Shown: piece after piece, positions 20,152 to 30,223 of the stretch
Layout: every line of letters starts with the position of its first letter
Position numbering within the stretch: the stretch's first letter is position 1
DNA from: a virus
Length of the DNA stretch: 64,000 bases
Strand: one strand, 5' to 3'
Virus record (IMG/VR): IMGVR_UViG_3300035670_000132
Location: 14,513-78,512 of that record
Position numbers and translations under genes: made by a program
The notes under the pieces: model-generated
Told to the model about the DNA's origin: nothing
The model's input: only the letters and a program-made list of their open reading frames with translations
Database searches by the model: none

Positions 20152-20964
20152 GTGGCACGAAATCGGTTTTTCAATCAATACACTCCTGTCAAACAGGAGC
20201 AATCGCTTGTAGAGGATTTGATCATTGAATCGATCAAAATCTACGGCGTAGATGCGTATTATTTGCCTAGAACGCATGTCAACTTAGACAGACTGTTCGG
20301 TGAAGATGCGTCAATGAGATTTGACGACGCATTAGAAATGGAAATGTATGTCAAATCATACGAAGGCTTTCAAGGTCAAGAGGACTTTCTCTCGAAGTTT
20401 GGTCTTCAAATTGACGAACAAATCACATTCGTTGTAGCTCAGAAGCGATTCAATCAAGCGTTGAAGCAATGCTTGATGACTGAATACAATTACAATTTAG
20501 TTACTCAAGAAGGCGACGAGATTCTTCAAGAATCGACGTATGACTATGAGAGCATCATCAGACCACGAGAAGGTGATTTGATTTGGTTTCCAATGGCTGG
20601 ATACATGTATGAAGTCAAGTTCACAGAGAACATAGAGAACTTCTTTCAGCTAGGCAAGCTCTACACATATGAACTTCGTTGCGAACGTTACGAATATTCA
20701 AGCGAGAAACTAGACACTGGCATCGCAGACATCGACAACGTAGAAGAGACTTTCAGTCAATCTTCAGAGTTTGTTGCAAAAGTATCATCTGAAGATGGAA
20801 CAATTCTTCTTCTAGAAGAAGGCAGTTATCTCGTTCTTGATGAGAACAACATTCAACGACAAGACGTCACAGCAGACAATGAATACATTCAGTCTAAGAT
20901 AAACGAAGACGACATTCTAGATTTCTCAGAGAGAAATCCATTCTCAGCAGTTGGAGCATACTAA
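20152..20964 (+). CDS. gp14: Neck protein gp14
   Basis: EQSLVEDLIIESIKIYG, FLSKFGLQI, RPREGDLIWFP, FFQLGK, DFSERNPF. Confidence 0.93.
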   Translation: MARNRFFNQYTPVKQEQSLVEDLIIESIKIYGVDAYYLPRTHVNLDRLFGEDASMRFDDALEMEMYVKSYEGFQGQEDFLSKFGLQIDEQITFVVAQKRFNQALKQCLMTEYNYNLVTQEGDEILQESTYDYESIIRPREGDLIWFPMAGYMYEVKFTENIENFFQLGKLYTYELRCERYEYSSEKLDTGIADIDNVEETFSQSSEFVAKVSSEDGTILLLEEGSYLVLDENNIQRQDVTADNEYIQSKINEDDILDFSERNPFSAVGAY

Positions 20965-20967
20965 ACC

Positions 20968-21693
20968 ATGTTTGGTCACGATTTCTATCACGGCTCAGTC
21001 AGACGTTATGTTATAATGTTTGGCAATCTATTCAACGAAATGCAGATCGGCAGATTTGACGAGAACGGAACACGAATCGACACGTTGAATGTGCCCATCT
21101 CATATGGTCCTAAACAGCGTTTCATTGAACGTGTGCTAGCTGATCCAACGCTGAATAGAGCAGTATCGACAACTTTGCCGAGAATCGCTTTCTCAATGGC
21201 AAGTATGAACTATGCACCAATGAGAAAGTTGAATAGTACACTGAAGTTCAAGAACAATCTAGTGCTACCATCTGCTAGTGGGCAGACAACGTATGCTCCA
21301 GTGCCATATGACTTCAACTTCACACTGTCTATTCTAGTCAAAAACGCAGAAGACGGAACTCAATTGATTGAAAAGATTCTTCCGTTCTTCACGCCAGACT
21401 ACACAGTGACAATGAGAGTGCTACCACAGTTATCGGTGACAATGGATGTTCCAATCGAACTCATCGCGATAACTTCAGACGACAGTTATGAGGGCGACTT
21501 CGACACATCTCGCAGAGTTCTCACTTGGGACCTTCAATTCATTGTCAAAGGCTACTTGTGGGGTCCAGTTACAACATCTAAGTATATCACAGAAGCTGAG
21601 ATCAAGCTATTCGACGGCCTTGACGCTGAAGATGAGTATTGGATAGCAAAAACAACAGCAAATACAGCAGGAACATTTCTAACTGAAAAGTGA
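20968..21693 (+). CDS. gp15: Tail sheath stabiliser/terminator gp15
   Basis: MFGHDFYH, VPISYGPKQRF, TLPRIAF, PVPY, EKILPFFTP. Confidence 0.93.
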   Translation: MFGHDFYHGSVRRYVIMFGNLFNEMQIGRFDENGTRIDTLNVPISYGPKQRFIERVLADPTLNRAVSTTLPRIAFSMASMNYAPMRKLNSTLKFKNNLVLPSASGQTTYAPVPYDFNFTLSILVKNAEDGTQLIEKILPFFTPDYTVTMRVLPQLSVTMDVPIELIAITSDDSYEGDFDTSRRVLTWDLQFIVKGYLWGPVTTSKYITEAEIKLFDGLDAEDEYWIAKTTANTAGTFLTEK

Positions 21694-21699
21694 TAATGC

Positions 21700-22128
21700 A
21701 TGAAAAAAACTATTGATGAAAAATTAAATGCAGTTTTTGACATTGTTCCTAACGTGATCAATGAGCAAAGCGAATCAAACATAGTTGAGACTTCTCAACA
21801 AAAGCAATCGACAGAAGAAGACGCTAACGTTGATGAAGACTATGAATACGCGAGAAACAATCTTCGCGGTTTGATTGAGAATGGCAAGATCGCAATGGAA
21901 AACATCATCTTCTTAGCGAAAGAAGGCGAATCGCCTCGCGCATACGAAGTTGTTGGTCAATTGATCAAAACTCTAGCAGACACTAACAAAGACTTACTTG
22001 AACTAGGCAAAAAAGCTCGCGAAGCTAAAGGCAAAGACAAAGCAGAGCAGCAACAGCCACAGAACGTAACTAATGCACTTTTTGTTGGAAGCACAGCGGA
22101 GCTACAAAAAATGATCAAAGGTAAGTAA
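21700..22128 (+). CDS. gp16: Terminase small subunit gp16
   Basis: DYEYARNNL, ESPRAYEV, NALFVGSTAELQKM. Confidence 0.92.
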   Translation: MKKTIDEKLNAVFDIVPNVINEQSESNIVETSQQKQSTEEDANVDEDYEYARNNLRGLIENGKIAMENIIFLAKEGESPRAYEVVGQLIKTLADTNKDLLELGKKAREAKGKDKAEQQQPQNVTNALFVGSTAELQKMIKGK

Positions 22129-23765
22129 TGCCAGTAAAAAGCTATCTTGGCAATCCTAATCTAAAAGCTGCTGGTGTTCAGATTGGTTTCACAAAAGAGC
22201 AGCTAGAAGAGTATCTGAAGTGCGCTGAAGATCCAGTCTACTTCATCAACAATTACTGTAAAATTGTCACGCTAGATCATGGTTTGCAGCCGTTCACACT
22301 GTATCCTTGTCAGGTCAATAAAGTCAAAGTCATTCATGAGAATCGTAAAGTCATTCTCATGGAAGGTCGTCAGCAAGGCAAGACAACAACATCAGCAGCA
22401 TATATTCTCTGGTACACAATCTTTCAAGAGAGCAAGACTGTAGCGATTCTAGCTAACAAAGCGCCTGCTGCTAGAGAAGTTTTGTATCGCTATCAGTTGA
22501 TGTATGAGAATCTTCCTATGTGGATGCAACAAGGTGTCACGACATGGAACAAAGGTGACATCGCACTAGAGAACGGATCAATCGTCTTTACAGCCGCAAC
22601 ATCAGCATCTGGTATTCGCGGCAAGTCTGTAAACTTGCTTTACGTTGACGAGACTGCGATTATTCCAAACAACATCGCAGAGCAGTTCTTCACTTCAGTC
22701 TATCCAACAATCTCTGCTGGTGAAACGACAAAGATTCTTCTGTCATCTACGCCACTTGGATACAATCATTTCTGGAAGTTCTGGAACGATGCAAAGAACG
22801 GTAGAAACGGCTTCATAACACTATTCATACCGTATTGGGAGATTCCTGGTCGCGACGAGAAGTGGGCTGAAGAGCAACGCAAGCTACTGGGCGATCTCAA
22901 GTATAATCAAGAAGTCTTATGTAACTTCTTGGGATCAAGTCTAACGCTAGTCAATGCTGATACGATTGCACAGTTGTCACCAATGCCACCAATTTACAGC
23001 AAAGATGGTCTCGATGTGTTTGAAGCTCCAGACAAGACACACTCTTATGTGATCGTAGCAGACACCGCTAAGGGCGTAGGCGGCGACTACTCTGCATTTT
23101 CAGTTGTTGATGTTACGTCAGTCCCATATAGAATGATAGCAAAGTATCGTGACAATCAAGTAAGTCCGATGCTCTATCCGTCAATTATTCAAAAAGTGGG
23201 CAAAGAATATAATGATGCTTATGTCATGCTTGAGATAAATTCTTCCGAACAAGTAGCACATATTCTACACGACGAATATGAATATGAGAACATCATTTAT
23301 GTGACTAGAAACACTAAGAACGGTCAGATAGTTTCTGGTGGCTTTGGCGGTGGCAAAACTCAGCTAGGAGTAAACACAGACAAAAAAGTCAAGCGCATTG
23401 GATGTTTCAACTTCAAGACTTTGATGGAAGAAAAGAAGTTGTTTGTTCCTGACGCAGACACAATTGCAGAGATTTCGACTTTCATTGAACGAAAAAATTC
23501 ATATGAAGCTGACGAAGGATATCACGATGACCTAGTGATGACGCTTGTTCTATTTTCGTGGCTGACGACAAATCCATACTTCAAAGAATTGTCTAATGTC
23601 AATCTAAGACAAATTATCTACGAAAAACGCATGCAAGCGATTGAAGATGAACTAACACCGTTCGGTTTTATAAATACCGGAAGTGAAGACGAAATTGAAA
23701 TAGACGGTTCAGGTCAAGTTTGGAGCAAACAATCCAACGCTCAAGAATTTGATTTTTATAAATAA
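22128..23765 (+). CDS. gp17: Terminase large subunit gp17
   Basis: YLGNPNLK, GRQQGKTT Walker A, LLYVDE Walker B, SSTPLG, GYHDDLVM nuclease motif. Confidence 0.96.
   Translation: MPVKSYLGNPNLKAAGVQIGFTKEQLEEYLKCAEDPVYFINNYCKIVTLDHGLQPFTLYPCQVNKVKVIHENRKVILMEGRQQGKTTTSAAYILWYTIFQESKTVAILANKAPAAREVLYRYQLMYENLPMWMQQGVTTWNKGDIALENGSIVFTAATSASGIRGKSVNLLYVDETAIIPNNIAEQFFTSVYPTISAGETTKILLSSTPLGYNHFWKFWNDAKNGRNGFITLFIPYWEIPGRDEKWAEEQRKLLGDLKYNQEVLCNFLGSSLTLVNADTIAQLSPMPPIYSKDGLDVFEAPDKTHSYVIVADTAKGVGGDYSAFSVVDVTSVPYRMIAKYRDNQVSPMLYPSIIQKVGKEYNDAYVMLEINSSEQVAHILHDEYEYENIIYVTRNTKNGQIVSGGFGGGKTQLGVNTDKKVKRIGCFNFKTLMEEKKLFVPDADTIAEISTFIERKNSYEADEGYHDDLVMTLVLFSWLTTNPYFKELSNVNLRQIIYEKRMQAIEDELTPFGFINTGSEDEIEIDGSGQVWSKQSNAQEFDFYK
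23757..23764 (+). promoter_or_regulatory. Late promoter TATAAATA upstream of gp18
   Basis: Exact consensus; AAGGAG RBS before the 23833 start. Confidence 0.8.
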
Positions 23766-23832
23766 TTGCACGTAAGAGTAAAAAATGATAATGAGTGAAG
23801 ACACTAAATTCTTATAAACAAGGAGAAAAAAC

Positions 23833-25752
23833 ATGGCAGTAAATCTACTTTCACCAGGCGTGAAGATCACAGAAGCTGATCTAGTCACAACAGTTCCAGC
23901 TGCTGGTCCTGTCGTTGGCGCTTCAGTTGGTGATTTTCGCTGGGGTCCAATCAACGCACCAACTCTAGTTTCTAGCGAAGCTGATCTAGTAGCTAAGTTC
24001 GGTAAGCCAGACGGAACAACAATCGTTGACTTTCTAGTCGCAGCAAACTTCCTATCTTATTCTGGCGCAGAATACGTAGTTCGCGCAGCAAATACAGACG
24101 CAGCACTAAACGCAACAGCAGAAGCAACAACAGGTTCTGGCACAGCAGGAACTGGTCTTCTAGTTGAAAATGATGACGTTTATGACGCAGAAGTCGCTGA
24201 TGGTTCAGCAGACGTTGGTCCATGGATCGCTAAGTATGCTGGCTCACTAGGAAACTCACTAAAAGTTTCAGTTTGCCCAAGCGCAGCCGCATGGTCCAAA
24301 ACACTAACAGGCACATGGGACGTAACAGTAGCATCTAACACAGCAACATCAACAGCGGGCGCTGCTGACGATGAACTAGCTGTTGGCGATACAGTTGTTA
24401 TTGGCGGAAATACACTAGTTGTTGCTAGCGTAACTGATGCAAATACAATCGTTTTCACATCAGATGCAACAGAAAACGTAACTGGCGGAACAGCAAACGC
24501 AGAATGGGCATACACAGACTTGTTTGATGCTGCACCAGGAACATCACTTTCAGCAGAACTAAAAGGCGCTTCAGCAGACGAAATGCACATCGTCGTTATT
24601 GACGAAGATGGTCTATTCTCTGGCACAAAGGGAACAGTTCTAGAAAAGTTTGCTGGCGTTTCAAAGGGCTCTGACGCACGTAGCACAGACGGCGCTTCTA
24701 ACTATTACAAAGATGTCATCAATGTTCGTTCAAAGCATATTCGTTGGGCAGATCACGACGACATGGGTTCCAATTGGGGAACAGCACTAGTTAGCTCTGC
24801 TGGCGTTTCTACTGCATACACAGAAACAGCAAGTCGTCCTGGTACATACAGCCTATCAGGTGGTTTAGACGCTGCACCAACAGCAGGCAACAAGCAAGCT
24901 GGATTCGCTCTTCTAAACAACAAAGAAACATACGGCGACGTAACTGTTCTAATTGCTGGCGTAGCTAATACAGCTACAGTCAACGCAATGATCGCAATTG
25001 CTGAGTATCGCAAAGACTTGATGGTCACATTCTCACCAGAGTTTGATGACGTAGTAAACAATGCTGGCGGCGAGACTGACGCAGTAAATACATTTGCAAA
25101 TACAATTACACGCAGCAACTACGCTATCATGGACTCTGGCTGGAAGTATCAGTATAACAAGTATGCTGACAACTACGTTTGGGTTCCACTAAACGCTGAC
25201 GTTGCTGGATGCTTGGCAAGAGTTGATCAAGAGCGTGCATCATGGTTCTCACCAGCTGGCTATGCACAAGGTCGTATTCTAAATGCAGTCAAGCTAGCAT
25301 GGAATCCAGACCAAAACGCTCGTGACGCACTCTACAAGAATGCAGTAAACCCAGTCATCAATCAGCCAGGTCGCGGCACAATCTTGTTCGGCGACAAGAC
25401 ATTCACAACAAGACCAGGTTCATTCAGCAGAATCAATGTTCGTCGTCTATTCATCACTCTAGAAAAGAGCATCGGCGCACTAGCTGCTGATCTACTATTC
25501 GAACAGAATGATGACGCAACAAGAGCTGGCTTTGTGAATACAGTTGAGCCATATCTACGCAGCGTCGTCGCTCAGCGTGGTATTGCACAATTCGTTGTAG
25601 TTTGCAATGAGACAAATAACCCAGAAGATATCGTAAATGCTAACTCATTTGTCGCAGACATCTATGTTAGACCAGTATCTTCAATCAACTTCATTCAGTT
25701 GAACTTCGTCTCAGTAGCAGGTGCAGCACAATTCGCAGCGATCGGCGGCTAA
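23833..25752 (+). CDS. gp18: Tail sheath protein gp18
   Basis: LLSPGVKITEADL, FRWGP, WFSPAG, GDKT, RINVRRLF, SINFIQLNF. Confidence 0.96.
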   Translation: MAVNLLSPGVKITEADLVTTVPAAGPVVGASVGDFRWGPINAPTLVSSEADLVAKFGKPDGTTIVDFLVAANFLSYSGAEYVVRAANTDAALNATAEATTGSGTAGTGLLVENDDVYDAEVADGSADVGPWIAKYAGSLGNSLKVSVCPSAAAWSKTLTGTWDVTVASNTATSTAGAADDELAVGDTVVIGGNTLVVASVTDANTIVFTSDATENVTGGTANAEWAYTDLFDAAPGTSLSAELKGASADEMHIVVIDEDGLFSGTKGTVLEKFAGVSKGSDARSTDGASNYYKDVINVRSKHIRWADHDDMGSNWGTALVSSAGVSTAYTETASRPGTYSLSGGLDAAPTAGNKQAGFALLNNKETYGDVTVLIAGVANTATVNAMIAIAEYRKDLMVTFSPEFDDVVNNAGGETDAVNTFANTITRSNYAIMDSGWKYQYNKYADNYVWVPLNADVAGCLARVDQERASWFSPAGYAQGRILNAVKLAWNPDQNARDALYKNAVNPVINQPGRGTILFGDKTFTTRPGSFSRINVRRLFITLEKSIGALAADLLFEQNDDATRAGFVNTVEPYLRSVVAQRGIAQFVVVCNETNNPEDIVNANSFVADIYVRPVSSINFIQLNFVSVAGAAQFAAIGG

Positions 25753-25773
25753 TTCTGGCATAGTTCGGTAAAA

Positions 25774-25804
25774 TGAGTGAGAGTGTTATTAGCACTCTCA
25801 CTCA
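25774..25804 (+). other. Intergenic stem-loop between gp18 and gp19
   Basis: tgagtgagagtgt-tatta-gcactctcactca, 13-bp stem, no U-tract. Confidence 0.6.
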
Positions 25805-25825
25805 AACAACTAAAAGGAGAAAAAT

Positions 25826-26359
25826 ATGTCATTTAGCGTAAACGATCTAAGAACGGCAATGGGTTTGGGCGTTCGTCCAAATCTATTCAGAGTCACATTT
25901 GCGACTGGTTTTGTGGGAGCACAGAACAGCCAAGCATCAGTTTTAGTGAAGTCGGCAGCACTACCAGGAGACACAATCGGAATGATTGAAGTTCCACACA
26001 TGGGTGGTCGCAGACTAAAAGTTGCTGGTGATCGCACATTTGCTGACTGGACAATGACTGTTCTAAACGATAAAGACTATACTGTGAGAAAAGCACTAGA
26101 AACTTATCAAAATAAGTTTGTTGACATTGACTACACAAAGACAACGGTTGGAACAAGAATTGCTAACGGTGCTCCAGCAGCATTGACAGTCATTACAGTT
26201 GAGCAGCTAGACACAAACGGAAGTGCAACACTAAGAACTTATAAGTTGAATAACTGTTTCGTAACCGAAATTTCAGCAATTGATCTTTCATACGATAGCA
26301 GCGACGCAATTGAAGAGTACACAGTGAACTGGACTTATGATTACTTCACAGTATCTTAA
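25826..26359 (+). CDS. gp19: Tail tube protein gp19 (copy 1)
   Basis: RPNLFRV, KSAALPG, GRRLKVAGDRTFADWTMTVLND, IDLSYD...IEEYTV. Confidence 0.9.
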   Translation: MSFSVNDLRTAMGLGVRPNLFRVTFATGFVGAQNSQASVLVKSAALPGDTIGMIEVPHMGGRRLKVAGDRTFADWTMTVLNDKDYTVRKALETYQNKFVDIDYTKTTVGTRIANGAPAALTVITVEQLDTNGSATLRTYKLNNCFVTEISAIDLSYDSSDAIEEYTVNWTYDYFTVS

Positions 26360-26362
26360 TAC

Positions 26363-26370
26363 TATAAATA
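26363..26370 (+). promoter_or_regulatory. Late promoter TATAAATA for the second gp19
   Basis: Exact consensus followed by AGGAGG RBS. Confidence 0.8.
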
Positions 26371-26389
26371 ATACATAAGGAGGTTCAAA

Positions 26390-26926
26390 ATGGCTATCTC
26401 AACAATTACAGCAATCACTTCTCAACTAAAGTCTGGTGCGCGCCCAAATCTATTTAATGTTGCAGTGACAGCTCCGGGTGGCGCAACTTCAACAACATTG
26501 CCAACAAATGCTAGTTTGCTCTGCAAAGCAGGTCAAGCTCCAGCATACACAATTGGCATGATTGAAGTTCCATTCAGAGGAAGAAGAATCAAGCTACCGG
26601 GTGATCGCACATTCGCAGAATGGACTGCGACATTCATCGTCGATGAAGGATACAAAGTAAGAAAATACTTTGAAGAGTGGGCAAACTTTGTCAAAGCAAG
26701 AGACTTCACTTCTGGCGCAAACAGAACAGTCGCTGGAAACAACGTTGGCTACTACGGCACTATTGACGTCATTCAACTAAGTGACGACAATAAAGCAGTG
26801 AGAACATATTCTTTGAAAGATGTGTTCCCAACAGACGTAGCTCAGATTGATGTCTCTTATGACACGACTGATGCTATCATGGAATTCAGTGTCACTTTCC
26901 AGTATCACTACTTCACAGTAAAGTAA
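26390..26926 (+). CDS. gp19: Tail tube protein gp19 (copy 2)
   Basis: GARPNLF, IEVPFRGRRIKLPGDRTFAEW, FPTDVAQIDVSYD...EFSVTFQY. Confidence 0.9.
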   Translation: MAISTITAITSQLKSGARPNLFNVAVTAPGGATSTTLPTNASLLCKAGQAPAYTIGMIEVPFRGRRIKLPGDRTFAEWTATFIVDEGYKVRKYFEEWANFVKARDFTSGANRTVAGNNVGYYGTIDVIQLSDDNKAVRTYSLKDVFPTDVAQIDVSYDTTDAIMEFSVTFQYHYFTVK

Positions 26927-26974
26927 ATTGAAGTATTTCGCAACGACTAAATAGTTGCGTAATAGTTTTCAACA

Positions 26975-27005
26975 AAAAGGGGCTATTACGCCCCTTTTCT
27001 TTTTT
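26975..27005 (+). terminator. Rho-independent terminator-like hairpin
   Basis: aaaaggggc-tattac-gcccctttt followed by a T-run. Confidence 0.75.
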
Positions 27006-27022
27006 GTCAACAAGGACTTCAC

Positions 27023-28684
27023 ATGGCTATTCGTTTATTTGGTTACAAGATCGGCAAAGACGACACAGAAAAAGATGATCTAAAATCTTTCGTTCCTCCA
27101 GCAGATGACGAAGGCGCTGTGTCAGTCATGGGCGGCGGCGTCTACGGAACATACGTTGATCTTGAAGGTCAGATTAGAAACGACGCAGAACTAATCAAAA
27201 AATACAGAGAGATGTCTCAGCAAGCTGAATGCGATGCAGCAATTGACGATATTGTCAATGAAGCAATCGTATATCAAGAAGATGACTATCCTGTGCAGAT
27301 CAATCTTGAAAAGCTAGAGCAGCCAGAATCTATCAAAAAGAAAATTAGTGATGAGTATTACTATCTACTAAAGCTGTTGGACTTCAATAATCAGAGTTAT
27401 GACATTTTCCGTCGCTGGTACGTTGATGGAAGACTATTCTATCACATGATGATTGATGACAAAACACCAAGAGCTGGATTGAAAGAGATTCGTTACGTTG
27501 ATCCAAGAAAGATCAGAAAAGTAAGAGAGATCAATAAGAGCAAGCCTCCAGTTGGAACTGGTGCACAGTCACTAGAGAATATTCAACAGAAACCGCTTGA
27601 ATATTATGTGTTTTCAGAACAAGGATTCGCAAGAGACAATTCGCAAGGATTGAAAATTTCTCCAGACGCAATTTGCTATGTTCACTCTGGCATCACAGAC
27701 AAAGACGGTAAAGTCATCGTATCTCATTTGCATAAAGCAATCAAGCCGATGAATCAATTGAGAATGCTTGAAGATGCGACAGTCATTTACAGATTGTCTA
27801 GAGCACCTGAGAGAAGAATTTTCTACATTGACGTTGGTAACTTGCCAAAGATCAAAGCTGAACAGTATCTTCGTGACATCATGCAAAAGTACAAGAACAA
27901 GCTAGTTTACGATGCGCAGACTGGTGAAATTCGTGATGATCGCAGATTTCAGACTATGCTTGAAGATTTCTGGCTACCTCGTCGCGAAGGTGGAAAAGGA
28001 ACAGAGATCACGACACTTCCAGCTGGCCAGAACTTAGGCGAAATTGAAGACGTTCTTTACTTCCAGAAGAAGCTATACAAGGCGCTAAATGTTCCAGTTT
28101 CACGTTTAGAATCAGACACCGGGTTCTCTCTTGGTCGATCATCAGAAATCACTCGCGACGAATTGAAGTTCACTAAGTTCGTTCAAAGACTTAGACTTAG
28201 ATTCTCACACTTGTTTGACAGACTTCTTGAGACACAACTTCTGCTAAAGGGAATTTGCACTCGCCAAGAATGGCAACAGATGCGCGAACAAATCAACTAC
28301 GATTTCGTCGGTGATCAATACTTCAGTGAGTTCAAAGAAGCTGAGATCATGAAAGAGCGCATCGCGATTCTTACAGACATTGATCAGTTCGTTGGCAAGT
28401 ATATCTCACGTAACTTTGTTCGCACTAAAATTTTGCGTCAAACTGAAGATGACATCAAGCAAATTGATCAAGAGATGAAAGAAGAGTTGCCACTTGAAGA
28501 AGCTGATGCTGAAGCTGAAGCAGCAAATCAAATGCCACCTCCGCCACCTCCACCTCCAGCAGCTAAGATCGTGATTCAGAAAGAAGAACTTCGCGACGTA
28601 GATGACACAGATCAAAAAGAGCTAGCGAAGTCGATGACAAAGTTTTTTGATGTGTTGACTGAAGAAACGAAGAATGACAAGTAA
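27023..28684 (+). CDS. gp20: Portal protein gp20
   Basis: [62 protein letters not shown]. Confidence 0.97.
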   Translation: MAIRLFGYKIGKDDTEKDDLKSFVPPADDEGAVSVMGGGVYGTYVDLEGQIRNDAELIKKYREMSQQAECDAAIDDIVNEAIVYQEDDYPVQINLEKLEQPESIKKKISDEYYYLLKLLDFNNQSYDIFRRWYVDGRLFYHMMIDDKTPRAGLKEIRYVDPRKIRKVREINKSKPPVGTGAQSLENIQQKPLEYYVFSEQGFARDNSQGLKISPDAICYVHSGITDKDGKVIVSHLHKAIKPMNQLRMLEDATVIYRLSRAPERRIFYIDVGNLPKIKAEQYLRDIMQKYKNKLVYDAQTGEIRDDRRFQTMLEDFWLPRREGGKGTEITTLPAGQNLGEIEDVLYFQKKLYKALNVPVSRLESDTGFSLGRSSEITRDELKFTKFVQRLRLRFSHLFDRLLETQLLLKGICTRQEWQQMREQINYDFVGDQYFSEFKEAEIMKERIAILTDIDQFVGKYISRNFVRTKILRQTEDDIKQIDQEMKEELPLEEADAEAEAANQMPPPPPPPPAAKIVIQKEELRDVDDTDQKELAKSMTKFFDVLTEETKNDK

Positions 28685-29792
28685 GATATTAGATGACGCT
28701 ATCAATTTAGCAACGTCAATAGCGTATACTAAACGCGAGATTGGCAAGCTAAGAGATGTCATCGAAGAGCTAAAAACTACTCAGCAAGACAAGCTGATTG
28801 TTGAGTACGTTGAAGGTCCTCGTGGTGAGCAAGGACCTCGTGGCATGCCTGGCTTGAGAGGCGACACAGGAGAACGAGGTCTTATTGGCGAACAAGGACC
28901 ACAAGGCGAACAAGGTATTCAGGGAATTCAAGGCGAACAAGGTATTCAAGGACCAGTAGGTCCACAAGGCGAACAAGGCATTCAAGGCGAACGCGGAGAA
29001 AAGGGCGAAAAAGGTGACAAAGGCGACACTGGAGAACGCGGCGAAAAAGGCGACAAAGGAGAGAAGGGTGATCCTGGCATTCAGGGTCCTGTTGGCGCTG
29101 TCGGTCCTAAAGGCGAGAAGGGTGACAAGGGCGACAAAGGCGAGAAGGGCGACACTGGAGCACAAGGAAAACAAGGCGCTAAAGGTTCTAAAGGCGACAA
29201 GGGTGACAAAGGTGATCAAGGACCTATGGGACCGGCTGGTCTTCCTGGCACGAAAGGTGACACGGGCGAAGTAGGGCCACAAGGTCCAGCTGGCGTAAAC
29301 GGCAAAGACGGCAAGACTCCAGATGTCAAGCCGTTCATCGAGCAGATCAGCGAACACTACAAGAAACTTCAGTCTGCATTGATCACTAAAGTGAACATGG
29401 CTATCACTAATCTTGGTGGTGGCGGTGGCAGCGGCGGTGGTTCTGTCAACATTCTTGACAACGATGACGTCGAATTCGCTCAACTGTCTTCAGTCTCAAA
29501 CAACGCAATTCTAATATTTGACTCAACTAAGAAGAAGTTCATTGTTCGCGATCTAGTAGAGTTCATAAATAGTGTACAAACAGGAGTAGAAGTGCAGTAC
29601 AACAAACTCATTGATGTATCTGGCGATTACACTTACATTGGTGAAGCAGTACCAGGCACATCTCAATCAGCATCAACTTGGCGCATCAAGCGTGTAGAGC
29701 AAATAGGACCAGACTACAACATTCTATGGGCAAGTGGCTCAGCAGAATTTGATAAAGTCTGGAACGATAGAACAACTTATACTTACTTCTAA
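28674..29792 (+). CDS. Collagen-like (Gly-X-Y) protein with globular C-terminal domain
   Basis: Long uninterrupted GXY run ([12 protein letters not shown]); N-terminal coiled coil; C-terminal YIGEA.PG...WRIKR...WASG...FDKVW.DR domain. Confidence 0.88.
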   Translation: MTSKILDDAINLATSIAYTKREIGKLRDVIEELKTTQQDKLIVEYVEGPRGEQGPRGMPGLRGDTGERGLIGEQGPQGEQGIQGIQGEQGIQGPVGPQGEQGIQGERGEKGEKGDKGDTGERGEKGDKGEKGDPGIQGPVGAVGPKGEKGDKGDKGEKGDTGAQGKQGAKGSKGDKGDKGDQGPMGPAGLPGTKGDTGEVGPQGPAGVNGKDGKTPDVKPFIEQISEHYKKLQSALITKVNMAITNLGGGGGSGGGSVNILDNDDVEFAQLSSVSNNAILIFDSTKKKFIVRDLVEFINSVQTGVEVQYNKLIDVSGDYTYIGEAVPGTSQSASTWRIKRVEQIGPDYNILWASGSAEFDKVWNDRTTYTYF

Positions 29793-29800
29793 GGATTATC

Positions 29801-30223
29801 ATGATAAAGATAGCAGGTCTATGGGAACTAGGATGGAACACACCCATAAAAGAAGTAGAACAGTGGGAGTTTCCTCTTCGTGATTACGGCGTAGATGAAT
29901 TCATTATGAGTCCAGTATCTGGAATTTCAAATAATGCGGTAAAAGAAGTTCCTGATATGGAGGCATTTTTAATAGATCAGAGGTCGCAAGGCTATTCAAT
30001 TGTATTCGTTGATGAAAATGCGCCAGCTACGCTATCAGAATTTGATCATCCAGTTGACAATGTTGTATATGTTTTTGGAAAAGCGTCTCTAAGTCCCATG
30101 ATAGCTTTTAGTAAGCCAGAAGACAAATCTATAAAAATACCAACCAAGAGCAACTTAGGACTACTTTGGCCACATCAAGTTGCTGTGCTAATACTAAATG
30201 ACAGATTTGTGAAAGGTCTATAA
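29801..30223 (+). CDS. SPOUT (SpoU/TrmH-like) fold protein, possibly degenerate
   Basis: LSEFDHP.NVVYVFG...D.SIKIP...L...VAVLILNDR resembles the SPOUT trefoil-knot motifs, but lacks the canonical G.E..G and SLN. Confidence 0.5.
   Translation: MIKIAGLWELGWNTPIKEVEQWEFPLRDYGVDEFIMSPVSGISNNAVKEVPDMEAFLIDQRSQGYSIVFVDENAPATLSEFDHPVDNVVYVFGKASLSPMIAFSKPEDKSIKIPTKSNLGLLWPHQVAVLILNDRFVKGL

Noticed and set aside
28810-29320. Periodic short repeats (ggcgaacaagg, aaaggcgaca) resembling an array
   Set aside because: Fully explained by Gly-X-Y collagen coding; no constant repeat with unique spacers, so not CRISPR
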